From Macrostomum lignano (lineage: Eukaryota): a DNA stretch of 64,000 nt. Shown one piece after another: positions 26,171-54,515 of the stretch. The translations under genes were made by a program, and so were the position numbers. Each line of letters opens with the position of its first letter. Positions within the stretch are counted from its first letter, which is position 1. A model generated the notes under the pieces. It saw only the letters and a list, made by a program, of their open reading frames with translations. It ran no database searches and was not told the DNA's origin. The stretch is from assembly GCA_002269645.1 (NCBI GenBank), contig NIVC01000625.1:124001-188000 (forward strand). Direction: 5' to 3'.

Positions 26171-26541
26171 CCAATCCCAGTCGCACGCAGGCTCTGCTTG
26201 AATGCTAGAATATGAGTGATTGCACGTTGCAGGGCAGTTCCCAAGTCCCAAGCCTCCGCAGCCCGATCCCTTCTCAATCCAAATCGAGCGCATTTGTTTA
26301 ATCTGCGGCAATGCAGAGCGTAGCTGCATTCGCATTCGCAATAGCGCCATTGTTGTACAACCCAGGGTCGCACGGAGCAACTCCAACTATGAACCCCATT
26401 TTTATGCTTTTCATGCGCGAGTATTGTGTTGCTAGGGCCGTTGGCTTAATGACATCGGTTACATAACAGATTTAAGATCATAGGGGTCCTTCAGGCTGAG
26501 TTAGGGTCAAAGGCGGGCTAAGAGTGTTGAGTTTTGCATTT

Positions 26542-28166
26542 TTTAGGGTCATTGAGATTGGTTCTGTCAGATTTAGGGTCATTGGCATTGATTCTGTCAG
26601 CTTTAGGGTCATTGGCATTGATTCTGTCAGATTTAGGGTCATTGACATTGGTTCTGTCAGATTTAGGGTCATTGACATTGGTTCTGTCAGATTTAGGGTC
26701 ATTGGCATTGATTCTGTCAGCTTTAGGGTCATTGACATTGATTCTGTCAGCTTTAAGGTCATTGACATTGATTCTGTCAGCTTTAGGGTCATTGACATTG
26801 GTTCTGTCAGATTTAGGGTCATTGGCATTGATTCTGTCAGCTTTAAGGTCATTGACATTGACTCTGTCAGCTTTAGGGTCATTGACATTGATTCTGTCAG
26901 CTTTAGGGTCATTGACATTGATTCTGTCAGCTTTAGGGTCATTGACATTGACTCTGTCAGATTTAGGGTCATTGACATTGGTTCTGTCAGATTTAGGGTC
27001 ATTGACATTGGTTCTGTCAGATTTAAGGTCATTGACATTGGTTCTGTCAGCTTTAGGGTCATTGGCATTGATTCTGTCAGCTTTAGGGTCATTGGCATTG
27101 ATTCTGTCAGATTTAGGGTCATTGACATTGGTTCTGTCAGATTTAGGGTCATTGACATTGGTTCTGTCAGATTTAAGGTCATTAACATTGGTTCTGTCAG
27201 CTTTAGGGTCATTGGCATTGATTCTGTCAGCTTTAGGGTCATTGGCATTGATTCTGTCAGCTTTAGGGTCATTGACATTGACTCTGTCAGCTTTAGGGTC
27301 ATTGACATTGATTCTGTCAGCTTTAGGGTCATTGACATTGACTCTGTCAGCTTTAGGGTCATTGGCATTGATTCTGTCAGATTTAGGGTCATTGACATTG
27401 GTTCTGTCAGATTTAGGGTCATTGACATTGGTTCTGTCAGATTTAAGGTCATTGACATTGGTTCTGTCAGCTTTAGGGTCATTGACATTGATTCTGTCAG
27501 ATTTAAGGTCATTGACATTGATTCTGTCAGATTTAGGGTCATTGGCATTGATTCTGTCAGATTTAAGGTCATTGACATTGATTCTGTCAGATTTAGGGTC
27601 ATTGGCATTGATTCTGTCAGCTTTAGGGTCATTGGCATTGATTCTGTCAGCTTTAGGGTCATTGACATTGATTCTGTCAGCTTTAGGGTCATTGACATTG
27701 ACTCTGTCAGCTTTAGGGTCATTGACATTGATTCTGTCAGCTTTAGGGTCATTGACATTGACTCTGTCAGCTTTAGGGTCATTGACATTGGTTCTGTCAG
27801 ATTTAGGGTCATTGACATTGGTTCTGTCAGATTTAGGGTCATTGACATTGGTTCTGTCAGATTTAAGGTCATTGACATTGGTTCTGTCAGCTTTAGGGTC
27901 ATTGACATTGATTCTGTCAGATTTAAGGTCATTGACATTGATTCTGTCAGCTTTAGGGTCATTGACATTGGTTCTGTCAGATTTAAGGTCATTGACATTG
28001 GTTCTGTCAGCTTTAGGGTCATTGACATTGATTCTGTCAGATTTAAGGTCATTGACATTGATTCTGTCAGCTTTAGGGTCATTGACATTGATTCTGTCAG
28101 ATTTAAGGTCATTGACATTGACACTGGCTCTGTCAGATTTAAGGTCATTGACATTGGTTCTGTCAG
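26542..28166. repeat. 30-bp minisatellite (TTTAGGGTCATTGACATTG(A/G)TTCTGTCAG(C/A))
   Basis: About 54 units; source of the 550-570 aa ORFs. Confidence 0.95.
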
Positions 28167-28497
28167 AATTAGTTTCTTTGACACTGGATTAAGGCGTTAG
28201 TGTACTTTTTCATCTTTGCTATCGATTTAGTCAGATTTTGATTGCACTCATTTGCTTCTGTAGTTGAATATCTGTAGTATTAAATTGCTGTAATTACTTT
28301 TCCTGTCTGTGCTTTACTAATAACTATGCTAGAAGATCATTATGTACAGTTAATGCACCGCTGTCAGTTGGTCAGCTCTGCAAGCTACTGCTGCTAGTTA
28401 GCTAATGCCTGGCTGATTTCACTCAAGCCTGGAACTGGAAGGCTGGCAAAATGTTTATTGTTTTCCTATTTTCCAACCTCTGATCTTTTGGTCATAC

Positions 28498-29200
28498 TTT
28501 AGGCGGATTCCGTGGCCATAGACACCAGTTTAGGCAGATTCTGTGGCCATAGACAACAGTTTAGGCAGATTCCGTGGCCATAGACACCAGTTTAGGCAGA
28601 TCCTGTGGCCATAGACACCAGTTTAGGCAGATCCTGTGGCCATAGACACCAGTTTAGGCAGATTCTGTGGCCATAGACACCAGTTTAGGCAGATTCTGTG
28701 GCCATAGACACCAGTTTAGGCAGATTCTGTGGCCATAGACACCAGTTTAGGCAGATTCCGTGGCCATAGACACCAGTTTAGGCAGATTCCGTGGCCATAG
28801 ACACCAGTTTAGGCAGATTCTGTGGCCATAGACACCAGTTTAGGGAGATTCCGTGGCCATAGACACCAGTTTAGGCGGATTCCGTGGCCATAGACACCAG
28901 TTTAGGCAGATTCTGTGGCCATAGACACCAGTTTAGGCAGATTCTGTGGCCATAGACACCAGTTTAGGCAGATTCCGTGGCCATAGACACCAGTTTAGGC
29001 AGATCCTGTGGCCATAGACACCAGTTTAGGCAGATTCTGTGGCCATAGACACCAGTTTAGGCAGATTCCGTGGCCATAGACACCAGTTTAGGCAGATCCT
29101 GTGGCCATAGACACCAGTTTAGGCAGATTCTGTGGCCATAGACACCAGTTTAGGCAGATTCCGTGGCCATAGACACTGCAGTTTAGGCAGATTCTGTGGC
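28498..29200. repeat. 31-bp minisatellite (TTTAGGCAGATTCTGTGGCCATAGACACCAG)
   Basis: About 22 units. Confidence 0.95.
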
Positions 29201-30005
29201 CAAGGACAGGTTTTGTTTTGTCCTGACTTTAGCCAGGAAGTTCTCCAAGTACTTAATGCGTTCGATAACAATGTCGATACAGTGAATTAAAACAAATTTT
29301 CGAGTACGCAAAATACGCTAAGTGGTTGCTTATTGCGCCCAGAGCCTCAGTGAGATTGCATTGTGTTTTAAGCCGCTTTTTCGTGCTCCCCGGTTGCCCC
29401 AGAGGGCGGCACGCTCCTTATTTATTACTGTCTGCAAGTCGCTCTTATCAAAGCAGAGAGCCGGCCAGCTCAGGCTCATCGAGTGGACTTTCCGATTTCT
29501 TTGCCGGCTGAGATTTCCAGAAATTTCTAACTGGCACCCGCCTGTCCTCATTTAGTGAAGTTGCAATGCAAATACCGACTGAATGTTTTAAACACGCTAC
29601 TGACTGCTTATAGCGCGAGTAGGAAATCGCGAACATTTGTTGATATTTTTTATCAGAAATTAATATTCTGACATTAGAAATAGGAGTAAAAATAGAATTC
29701 AGGGTAGGATAATAACAGTATTTATAACTTAGACGATAGCAGGGGCAAAGAGCTGAAGGCATTATAAGAACTGCATGTGTTGGCAGGAAACGCTGGTGCA
29801 GTCATGATGGGCGCATGTACATGTAATTCTCTATAATCCTTTAACTAGTTGGTGCATGCTGGTCTCGGAGATCGGCAGGATTACCGTTCCCTGTACAAGC
29901 TGTGCGGAACGAATTATGGTGCGCGCAGATCCGTGACAGTTCAAGCTTAGCAACCCAGACAGCTGTTTTAGCGATTTTCGTGCCTGAAACCCGTGAGCAT
30001 GGTGC

Positions 30006-30365
30006 ATTGTACAGTTGTACGTGCACACAGCAGCTTTTCCATCGACAGTTGTACATGCACATGTACATGCACACAGCAACCCCTTCATGGACAGTTGTAC
30101 ATGCACAAAGCAACCCATTCATGGACAGTTGTACATGCACACAGCAATCCATTCATGGACAGTTGTACATGTACATGCACACAGCAACCCATTCATGGAC
30201 AGTTGTACATGTACATGCACACAGCAACCCATTCATGGACAGTTGTACATGTACATGCATACAGCAACCCCTTCATGGACCGTTGTACATGCACATAGCA
30301 ACCCCTTCCTGGACAGTTGTACATGCACACAGCAACCCATTCATGGACAGTTGTACATGCACATG
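30006..30365. repeat. Variable-length minisatellite (CACAGCAACCCATTCATGGACAGTTGTACATG[TACATG]) just 3' of the copine stop
   Basis: About 9-10 units. Confidence 0.9.
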
Positions 30366-30529
30366 TGCCTCTCGGATCCATGGGCAGCTTACCATCAAGA
30401 ACCCTCAAGGACCCCAAGGAGTTCAGCGGCAAAGGATCGAAGTGAATCAAAAAAGCAACAAGAGGGAAAAGTGACCAATGCCGCATATTCAGTAAAACAG
30501 TTTTCAAACGAGGCTCCTCCAGCGACGGC

Positions 30530-47035
<16,506 letters not shown>

Positions 47036-47439
47036 TCAGTTCAGTGCTCAGCTTTTTGACTGCAAGCTGGGCGCCCCCCAGAGCTCTGTCCCCATTGGTT
47101 GGCCTCATCCCCCAGCTTCCGGGAGCGTACAGATATCCCTCACTGGGATCTTTTTACAGCGCTTGCATTGACTCTCCTGCTTAAATAGGCAGGAATCGCC
47201 CCGGGGGATCAGTCAGCAGGATAGGCCAAGTTTCAAGCTATTTTCATTACATTTACAGCGTCCTCTCTTGTCTTTGAATTTTGAATTGTAGAAAGACTGT
47301 AATGGCTCGTACCATATACGAGTTAAATTTTCAATTCCTGGAATTGAATCGACGTTTTCATGTTACGCGTAATCAAAGTGGGAATGCGAGTAACTACATT
47401 TATGCTGCTTAAAGGGAAAAAGCAGCAGAGAAGCGGAGA

Positions 47440-47650
47440 CGAGTCCCAGCCAATCAGTGAACCGCTGGGGCAGAAAGACACTAAACGGAGAGAAGACCTT
47501 AAATTGAAAGAGGGAGAGAACTGGGGTCGGGTCCCAGCCAATCAGGAGCCTTCTGGGACAGAAAGGCACTAAAGGGAGAGAGAGAGGGAGATGAACAGAG
47601 CCGGGTCCCAGCCAATCAGGGGCCTTCTGGGACAGAAAGGCACTAAATGG
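47440..47650. promoter_or_regulatory. Three degenerate repeats each carrying a CCAAT box (CCCAGCCAATCAG), about 0.75-0.95 kb upstream of the copine ATG
   Basis: Motif matches the NF-Y consensus and lies 5' of the copine start. Function is inferred only. Confidence 0.3.
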
Positions 47651-48261
47651 AGAGAGAGGAAGAGAACCGGGACGGTGTCGCTGCCAGAAGCCGAAAAAGT
47701 CGAAAGAAAAGCATGAGTAAAAGAAGTCATTAGAGCGAATATCAGGCTTGTGACTTGAATTCAGTTTAACAGTTGCTTGATTTCCATAACAGTTAATAAT
47801 ATTTTGCTCGAAGCTGTTTCATGAATTACTACATAGAGAAGGGGAATAGAAGTTGCTAACCAAAGCACTGAAGGCGGGTTAAAGTGCAAATTCAGGTTTT
47901 TCTACTTTCCGCTCGCTCCAGCTGCCCCTCTCATAGTCTGCGCGAGGCCATTGTTGCCATGCTCCTCCATCGCGAGCAACAATGCTCCAGGTAGTGGGGG
48001 AGATATTTCTGCGGAAATCCCCGTTCCCATTCAGGCCCGGCCGAAATGCAAATCTCCGGCCAGCCCCCCACCAATTTCCTGCGGGAGTCTCCAGCAGCCG
48101 GCTCTGCGTAGCCCAAGTTTTTCTACCCAGGGGGATGGCGAGCTCAGGTGCTGCCTGGCTTTGCAGTGGAAAAGTTTTGGAGAAATATCCCAGTTTGCTG
48201 ACTTTTCTGCTTTACAATGCCTTTTCTGTTCATGTCAGTTTCTATCCGCTCCTTCAGGTGT

Positions 48262-49128
48262 TCTTGTCTGTTCCTGTCTGCTCCTGTCTGTTCCTGTCTG
48301 TTCCTGTCTGTTCCTGTCTGCTCCTATCCGCTCTTTCTGTTCCTGTCGGCTCCTATCCGCTCCTTCTGTTCCTGTCTGCTTTTGTCTGTTCCTGTCTGTT
48401 CCCGTCTGTTCCTTTTTGTTCCTGTTTGTTCCTGTCTGCTTTTGTCTGTTCCTGTCTGTTCCTGTCTGTTCCTGTCTGTTCCTGTCTGTTCCTGTCTGTT
48501 CCTGTCTGTTCCTGTCTGTTCCTGTCTGTTCCTGTCTGTTCCTGTCTGTTCCTGTCTGTTCCTGTCTGTTCCTGTCTGTTCCTGTCTGTTCCTCTCTGCT
48601 CCTGTCTGTTCCTGTCTGTTCCTGTCTGTTCCTGTCTGTTCCTGTCTGTTCCTGTCTGTTCCTGTCTGTTCCTGTCTGTTCCTGTCTGTTCCTGTCTGTT
48701 CCTGTCTGTTCCTCTCTGCTCCTGTCTGTTCCTGTCTGTTCCTGTCTGTTCCTGTCTGTTCCTGTCTGTTCCTCTCTGCTCCTGTCTGTTCCTGTCTGTT
48801 CCTGTCTGTTCCTGTCTGTTCCTGTCTGTTCCTGTCTGTTCCTGTCTGTTCCTCTCTGTTCCTGTCTGTTCCTGTCTGTTCCTGTCTGTTCCTGTCTGTT
48901 CCTGTCTGTTCCTGTCTGTTCCTCTCTGTTCCTGTCTGTTCCTGTCTGTTCCTCTCTGTTCCTGTCTGTTCCTGTCTGTTCCTGTCTGTTCCTCTCTGTT
49001 CCTGTCTGTTCCTGTCTGTTCCTGTCTGTTCCTGTCTGTTCCTGTCTGTTCCTGTCTGTTCCTCTCTGTTCCTGTCTGTTCCTGTCTGTTCCTCTCTGTT
49101 CCGGTCTGTTCATGTCTGTTCCTGTCTG
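48262..49128. repeat. 10-bp repeat (CCTGTCTGTT)n
   Basis: About 85 units; source of ORFs at 47951-49233. Confidence 0.95.
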
Positions 49129-49390
49129 CTCAAAAATGTCTGTTAATATAAGATAAAGCTGAGCACTGCTGCACCAAAGTGAAATGAGAGAATTGTAAAA
49201 ATTGATTCTCTTAAGCTGAGAAAATAATAGCAAAATCAGGAGACTTTATATTTAGGTGAGACAACACCAGTGTGTGTTGTATGTGCTTATTTAAATTACA
49301 AAATTTACCTTTCAGTTTAACCATAAAACAACAAAATTCAATACTGAATCACTACTCATCAATGAACTTCTCCATAAGTACCTAAACGGC

Positions 49391-49693
49391 TGACCCCCAA
49401 GTCAGCAGCTCCGGTCAGGCCCTGACCCCCAAGTCAGCAGCTCCGGTCAGGCCCTGACCCCCAAGTCAGCAGCTCCGGTCAGGCCCTGACCCCCAAGTCA
49501 GCAGCTCCGGTCAGGCCCTGACCCCCAAGTCAGCAGCTCCGGTCAGGCCCTGACCCCCAAGTCAGCAGCTCCGGTCAGGCCCTGACCCCCAAGTCAGCAG
49601 CTCCGGTCAGGCCCTGACCCCCAAGTCAGCAGCTCCGGTCAGGCCCTGACCCCCAAGTCAGCAGCTCCGGTCAGGCCCTGACCCCCAAGTCAG
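49391..49693. repeat. 32-bp minisatellite (CTGACCCCCAAGTCAGCAGCTCCGGTCAGGCC) overlapping the TRP stop codon
   Basis: About 9.5 nearly perfect units. Confidence 0.95.
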
Positions 49694-52600
49694 CGGCGGC
49701 AGGCCGGACATCCCCAGCCAGAAGACGCATCCGCAGCCGCTGCCTGGCGGTGCTGAGCACGGCTCCGTACTCCAGCTGGGTTCGCCGCCGCAGGTAGCTG
49801 ACGGGGACTTCGGCCGGGCCGTCCCGCATAGCGCGGCTGATTGCGTCCCACAGCAGCAGGGTCAGCAGGTGCAGCGGCCACAGCAGGTTGAATGGCACCG
49901 GCAGGTCCGGCCCGACCTGCAGGTACTTGATCTTCGTCAGCGATGCCCGGTACAGCCAGTCGGACTCGCGCACCGCGGACAGCTGGGCGAAGGTCTCGGA
50001 CATCATGGCCACCAGCAGGTTGATCAGCACAACTGCGCCGACTATCACGAAGGAGATGTGCGCCAGGAAGCCCAGCAGCTCCAGGGTCTTCAGGCTGACG
50101 TGGCCGGAGGCGCCAGACTGCAGCAGGTGGTCTTCCCGGGCCGACATTGTCAGCAGCGACCAGAACAGCGTCTGGAACACCGTCCCGTCAGACTGGAAGT
50201 AGGCGCTGGCGCAGGACACCACGCGGTACAGGGTGATCAGCAGGCAGGTCCAGGCGCTCAGCACCACCAGGAGGATCGCGGCAAAGTTCAGCACGTCCTT
50301 CAGCACCCGGCTCAGCGAGACCACCAGGGTGCCCACGTGCCTGCGATGGGGAATCAGTCAGGTGGGGAATCAGTCAGGTGGGGAATCAGTCAGGTAGGGA
50401 ATCAGTCAGGTGGGGAATCAGTCAGGTGGGGAACCAGTCACGTAGGGAATCAGTCAGGTGGGGAATCAGTCAGGTGGGGAATCAGTCAGGTGGGGAATCA
50501 GTCAGGTGGGGAATCAGTCAGGTGGGGAATCAGTCAGGTGGGGAATCAGTCAGGTGGGGAATCAGTCAGGTGGGGAATCAGTCAGGTGGGGAATCAGTCA
50601 GGTGGGGAATCAGTCAGGTGGGGAATCAGTCAGGTGGGGAATCAGTCAGGTAGGGAATCAGTCAGGTGGGGAATCAGTCAGGTAGGGAATCAGTCAGGTG
50701 GGGAATCAGTCAGGTGGGGAATCAGTCAGGTGGGGAATCAGTCAGGTGGGGAATCAGTCAGGTGGGGAATCAGTCAGGTGGGGAATCAGTCAGGTGGGGA
50801 ATCAGTCAGGTGGGGAATCAGTCAGGTAGGGAATCAGTCAGGTGGGGAATCAGTCAGGTAGGGAATCAGTCAGGTGGGGAATCAGTCAGGTGGGGAATCA
50901 GTCAGGTAGGGAATCAGTCAGGTGGGGAATCAGTCAGGTGGGGAATCAGTCAGGTGGGGAATCAGTCAGGTGGGGAATCAGTCAGGTGGGGAATCAGTCA
51001 GGTGGGGAATCAGTCAGGTGGGGAATCAGTCAGGTGGGGAATCAGTCAGGTGGGGAATCAGTCAGGTGAATATCAGTCAGGGTGCTACCTCTGCAGCGCA
51101 GCCATGGAGAAGATGCTCAGCAGGGTGAAGGCGTGCCCGAAGCCCATGGCAACGCTGCCGGCCAGGTGAGGCTCCAGGCCATCCAGCAGGAGGGCGGAGA
51201 AGGCAGCGGTGAAGTTGCCGAGGCCGGGGCAGGCGAGGCTGGCGGGCTGCGAGCAGACCAGAGCGGACACGTTGAGGCCGGCGGCGCACACGCAGGCGCG
51301 GATGTCGGTGCCGTTCGGCAGGCCGGCCAGCAGCCGCTCACTGGAGGCGCGGAGGCGGGAGGCCCAGATGAAGGTCAGCGGCAGGCCGGCCAGATAGCAG
51401 GCAACGGCAAGGTGGTGCAGCAGCCCGAAGAAGCCGGTGACCAGGGCCAATCGGCGAGGCCCCAGCAGGCACAGGTGGTGCACATTCTTCACCAGGTAGG
51501 CGAACATGAAGATGAGGAACAGAGCCTGCAGCGCCAGCTGGCCTCCGCCAATCCAGGCGGTGCCGGACGCGCCGCAGACGGCCGACTTGGCGACGCTGTC
51601 GCCGAGGTCGCGGGCAGAGGAGACCCAGGAGGCCAGCAGGGCGAGGCTGACGGCGAAGGCGACGGTGTCGAGGGCGTGGCAGAAGCGGGCGCTCTGGCAC
51701 AGCGGGCGGAGGCGCGGGTGCGGGAACAGCAGGTAGACGGGAGACAGGGCGTAGCCAGCGGTAGCGGCGAGTGCCAGGCCCGAGCTCGAGCTGCCTGCGG
51801 GGTCGGCGGGGCCAAGGATCCGGATTCAAATCCCTTTTGAACCTCACAAAACTACAACCGAACGCTAAATCCCAAGTCCCAATCCCAAGTCCCAAGTCCC
51901 AACCCCAGATCCAAAGTCCCAGTCCCAAATCCCAAGTCCCAATCCCAAATCCCATGTCCCAACCCCAACTCCCAAGTCCCAATCCCAAATCCCATGTCCC
52001 AACCCCAACTCCCAAGTCCCAATCCCAACTCCCAAGTCCCAATCCCAACTCCCAAGTCCCAATCCCAACTCCCATGTCCCAACCCCAACTCCCAAGTCCC
52101 AATCCCAACTCCCATGTCCCAATCCCAAATCCCAAGTCTCGACCCCAACTCCCAAGTCCCAACCCCAAATCCCAACCCGAATCGCCGCCAGCTCTCACCC
52201 GGCAGACCCTGCGGCAGCCGCTCCTCAGGCCAGCGGCAGCCGTGCTCCCAGGCCCTGTCCAGCACGAGCTGAGCGGCCTGGTGCGCCAGCGGCTCCCGCA
52301 GTTCCAGGTCGGCGAAGTGCTTCAGCCGGCCCAGCCGATCCTCTGGCGCGAAGGCGTCCAGCAGCAGCGCGAAGGCCTCCTCGCTAGTCCAGCAGCCGTC
52401 CAGCAGCAGCACCAGCGAGCGGCAGCCCCCGAGGCGGACCGGCAGCAGGAGCTCCCGCGGCAGCAGCGGCTCCAGGTGGCCCAGCCGGCGCATCAGGTTG
52501 AGGCCCTGCTGAAGGACGTCCTCGCCGGACGCCCTGAATGCCTGGTAGAGCGGCGAGACCAGCGCCGGCAGGAGGCGCTCGGCGTACAGCCGGCGCAGGC

Positions 52601-52910
52601 GCGGGTCCTGGCGCAGCGCTCGGCACAGCGAGCAGCCGCAGGCGGCCAGGCGGTGCGGGAACGGCAGCCGCTCGCTTCGCTCCCGCACCAAGTAGCCCAC
52701 CAGCTCGGCGTGGCCGCCCAGCACCGCCCACGCCAGCGGAGACTGCACGACCAAGGCGGGCGGCAGCGACTCCACGTGCTGGGCTGCGCACCACGGCGAC
52801 TCGTAGGAGGCCTTGAGGGTGGCGAGGTCGCCACGGAGCACCGCCTCCAGCTGCTTCTCCCGCCAGCGCTCCACGGCCAGGATGGACAGGTCGATGCCTT
52901 CGCCTGACAT
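49671..52910 (-). CDS. TRPC-like (canonical/short TRP) cation channel, divergent, at least 3 exons, about 695 aa from the ATG at 52910
   Basis: Exons 52914/52910-52199, 51794-51089 and 50340-49671 join in phase (1, then 2). Ankyrin [18 protein letters not shown]; TRP_2 motif LPFPH...CGCSLC; [10 protein letters not shown]; S4-S5 linker [19 protein letters not shown]; pore FQTLFWSL; S6 [15 protein letters not shown]; TRP domain SDWLYRA...[10 protein letters not shown]. An upstream exon 53930-53786 would join in phase but is unconfirmed. Confidence 0.85.
50347..51067. repeat. 16-bp minisatellite (GGGGAATCAGTCAGGT) filling the last TRP intron
   Basis: About 45 units. Confidence 0.95.
51866..52177. 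repeat. Degenerate 6-7-mer array (CCCAAGT/CCCAAAT/CCCAACT) in a TRP intron
   Basis: Directly visible. Confidence 0.9.
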
Positions 52911-52914
52911 TGGC

Positions 52915-53606
<692 letters not shown>

Positions 53607-54002
53607 TAGTAAAACAGGCTCACTTGAGTGTCCAAAACAAAAGTTCGCACAAGCAGTTTGAGTCTCTGTTCTCCTGTTATGTTTCAAACCCGGCAGCTTG
53701 GCTTTGAATTTTAACTTCCCAAGCCCTCATTGCAATTCCAATATCTGCATATGTCTCACACCCCCTCTGCCCATGTCCCGCTCACGAGGATCCCAGCCCC
53801 GAGTTCGGCCCTCGCCTGTTGGGTGTCGATCGATACGGGAAGCCCGACACCCTCGCCACCGACTCTGGGGCGAGTCCGTGACTCAGCGAGTGAGCAGTGG
53901 GGCGCAACTGTCCGTGGGCGGCTCCTTGAACTGAGTGGTTTGTGCGGAGAATTTGATAATTGCCACACTTTGTATGCAGCATTTGCAGCAAGCAGTTTCT
54001 GT

Positions 54003-54320
54003 GAGGGATGAGGGGAGCTGTGGGGATGAGGGGAGCTGTTGAGATGAGGAGGAGCTGTGGGGATGAGGAGGAGCTGTGGGGATGAGGGGAGCTGTGGGGA
54101 TGAGGAGAAGCTGTTGAGATGAGGAGAAGCTGTGGGGATGAGGAGGAGCTGTGGGGGTGAGGAGAAGCTGTGGGGATGAGGGGGGCTGTGGGGGTGAGGG
54201 GAGCTGTGAGGGTGAGGGGAGCTGTTGAGATGAGGAGGAGCTGTGGGGATGAGGGGAGCTGTGGGGATGAGGGGAGCTGTGGGGATGAGGAGAAGCTGTG
54301 GGGGTGAGGGGGGCTGTGGG
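54003..54320. repeat. About 18-bp purine-rich minisatellite (GAGGGGAGCTGTGGGGAT)
   Basis: About 17 units. Confidence 0.9.
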
Positions 54321-54515
54321 AGATGCAGGCCGCTAATACGGCATGGTTAGTGCCATAGACTACGAAGTGTTTCTGCATTCGCGACGGGCATACTAGAAGG
54401 TAAATGAAAAATAATGTTGATGGGGCACAACTCAGCGTCTCTGCAGTGTTATTTCAAATGACAGTCTGAGCTGCGCACTTCACTGTTTGATTCAGTCGCT
54501 TGCCATAACTGGAGA

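Noticed and set aside
26542-28166. Interstitial telomere (TTAGGG in most units)
   Set aside because: Only one hexamer per 30-bp unit and often mutated to TTAAGG; not a telomeric tract.
26478-28200. 550-570 aa repetitive ORFs, one resembling a leucine-rich repeat
   Set aside because: 30-bp array open in several frames; periodicity is at the DNA level with no synonymous-site pattern.
47931-48200. GC-rich segment as an extra TRP or copine exon
   Set aside because: No convincing acceptor/donor pair or homology in any frame.
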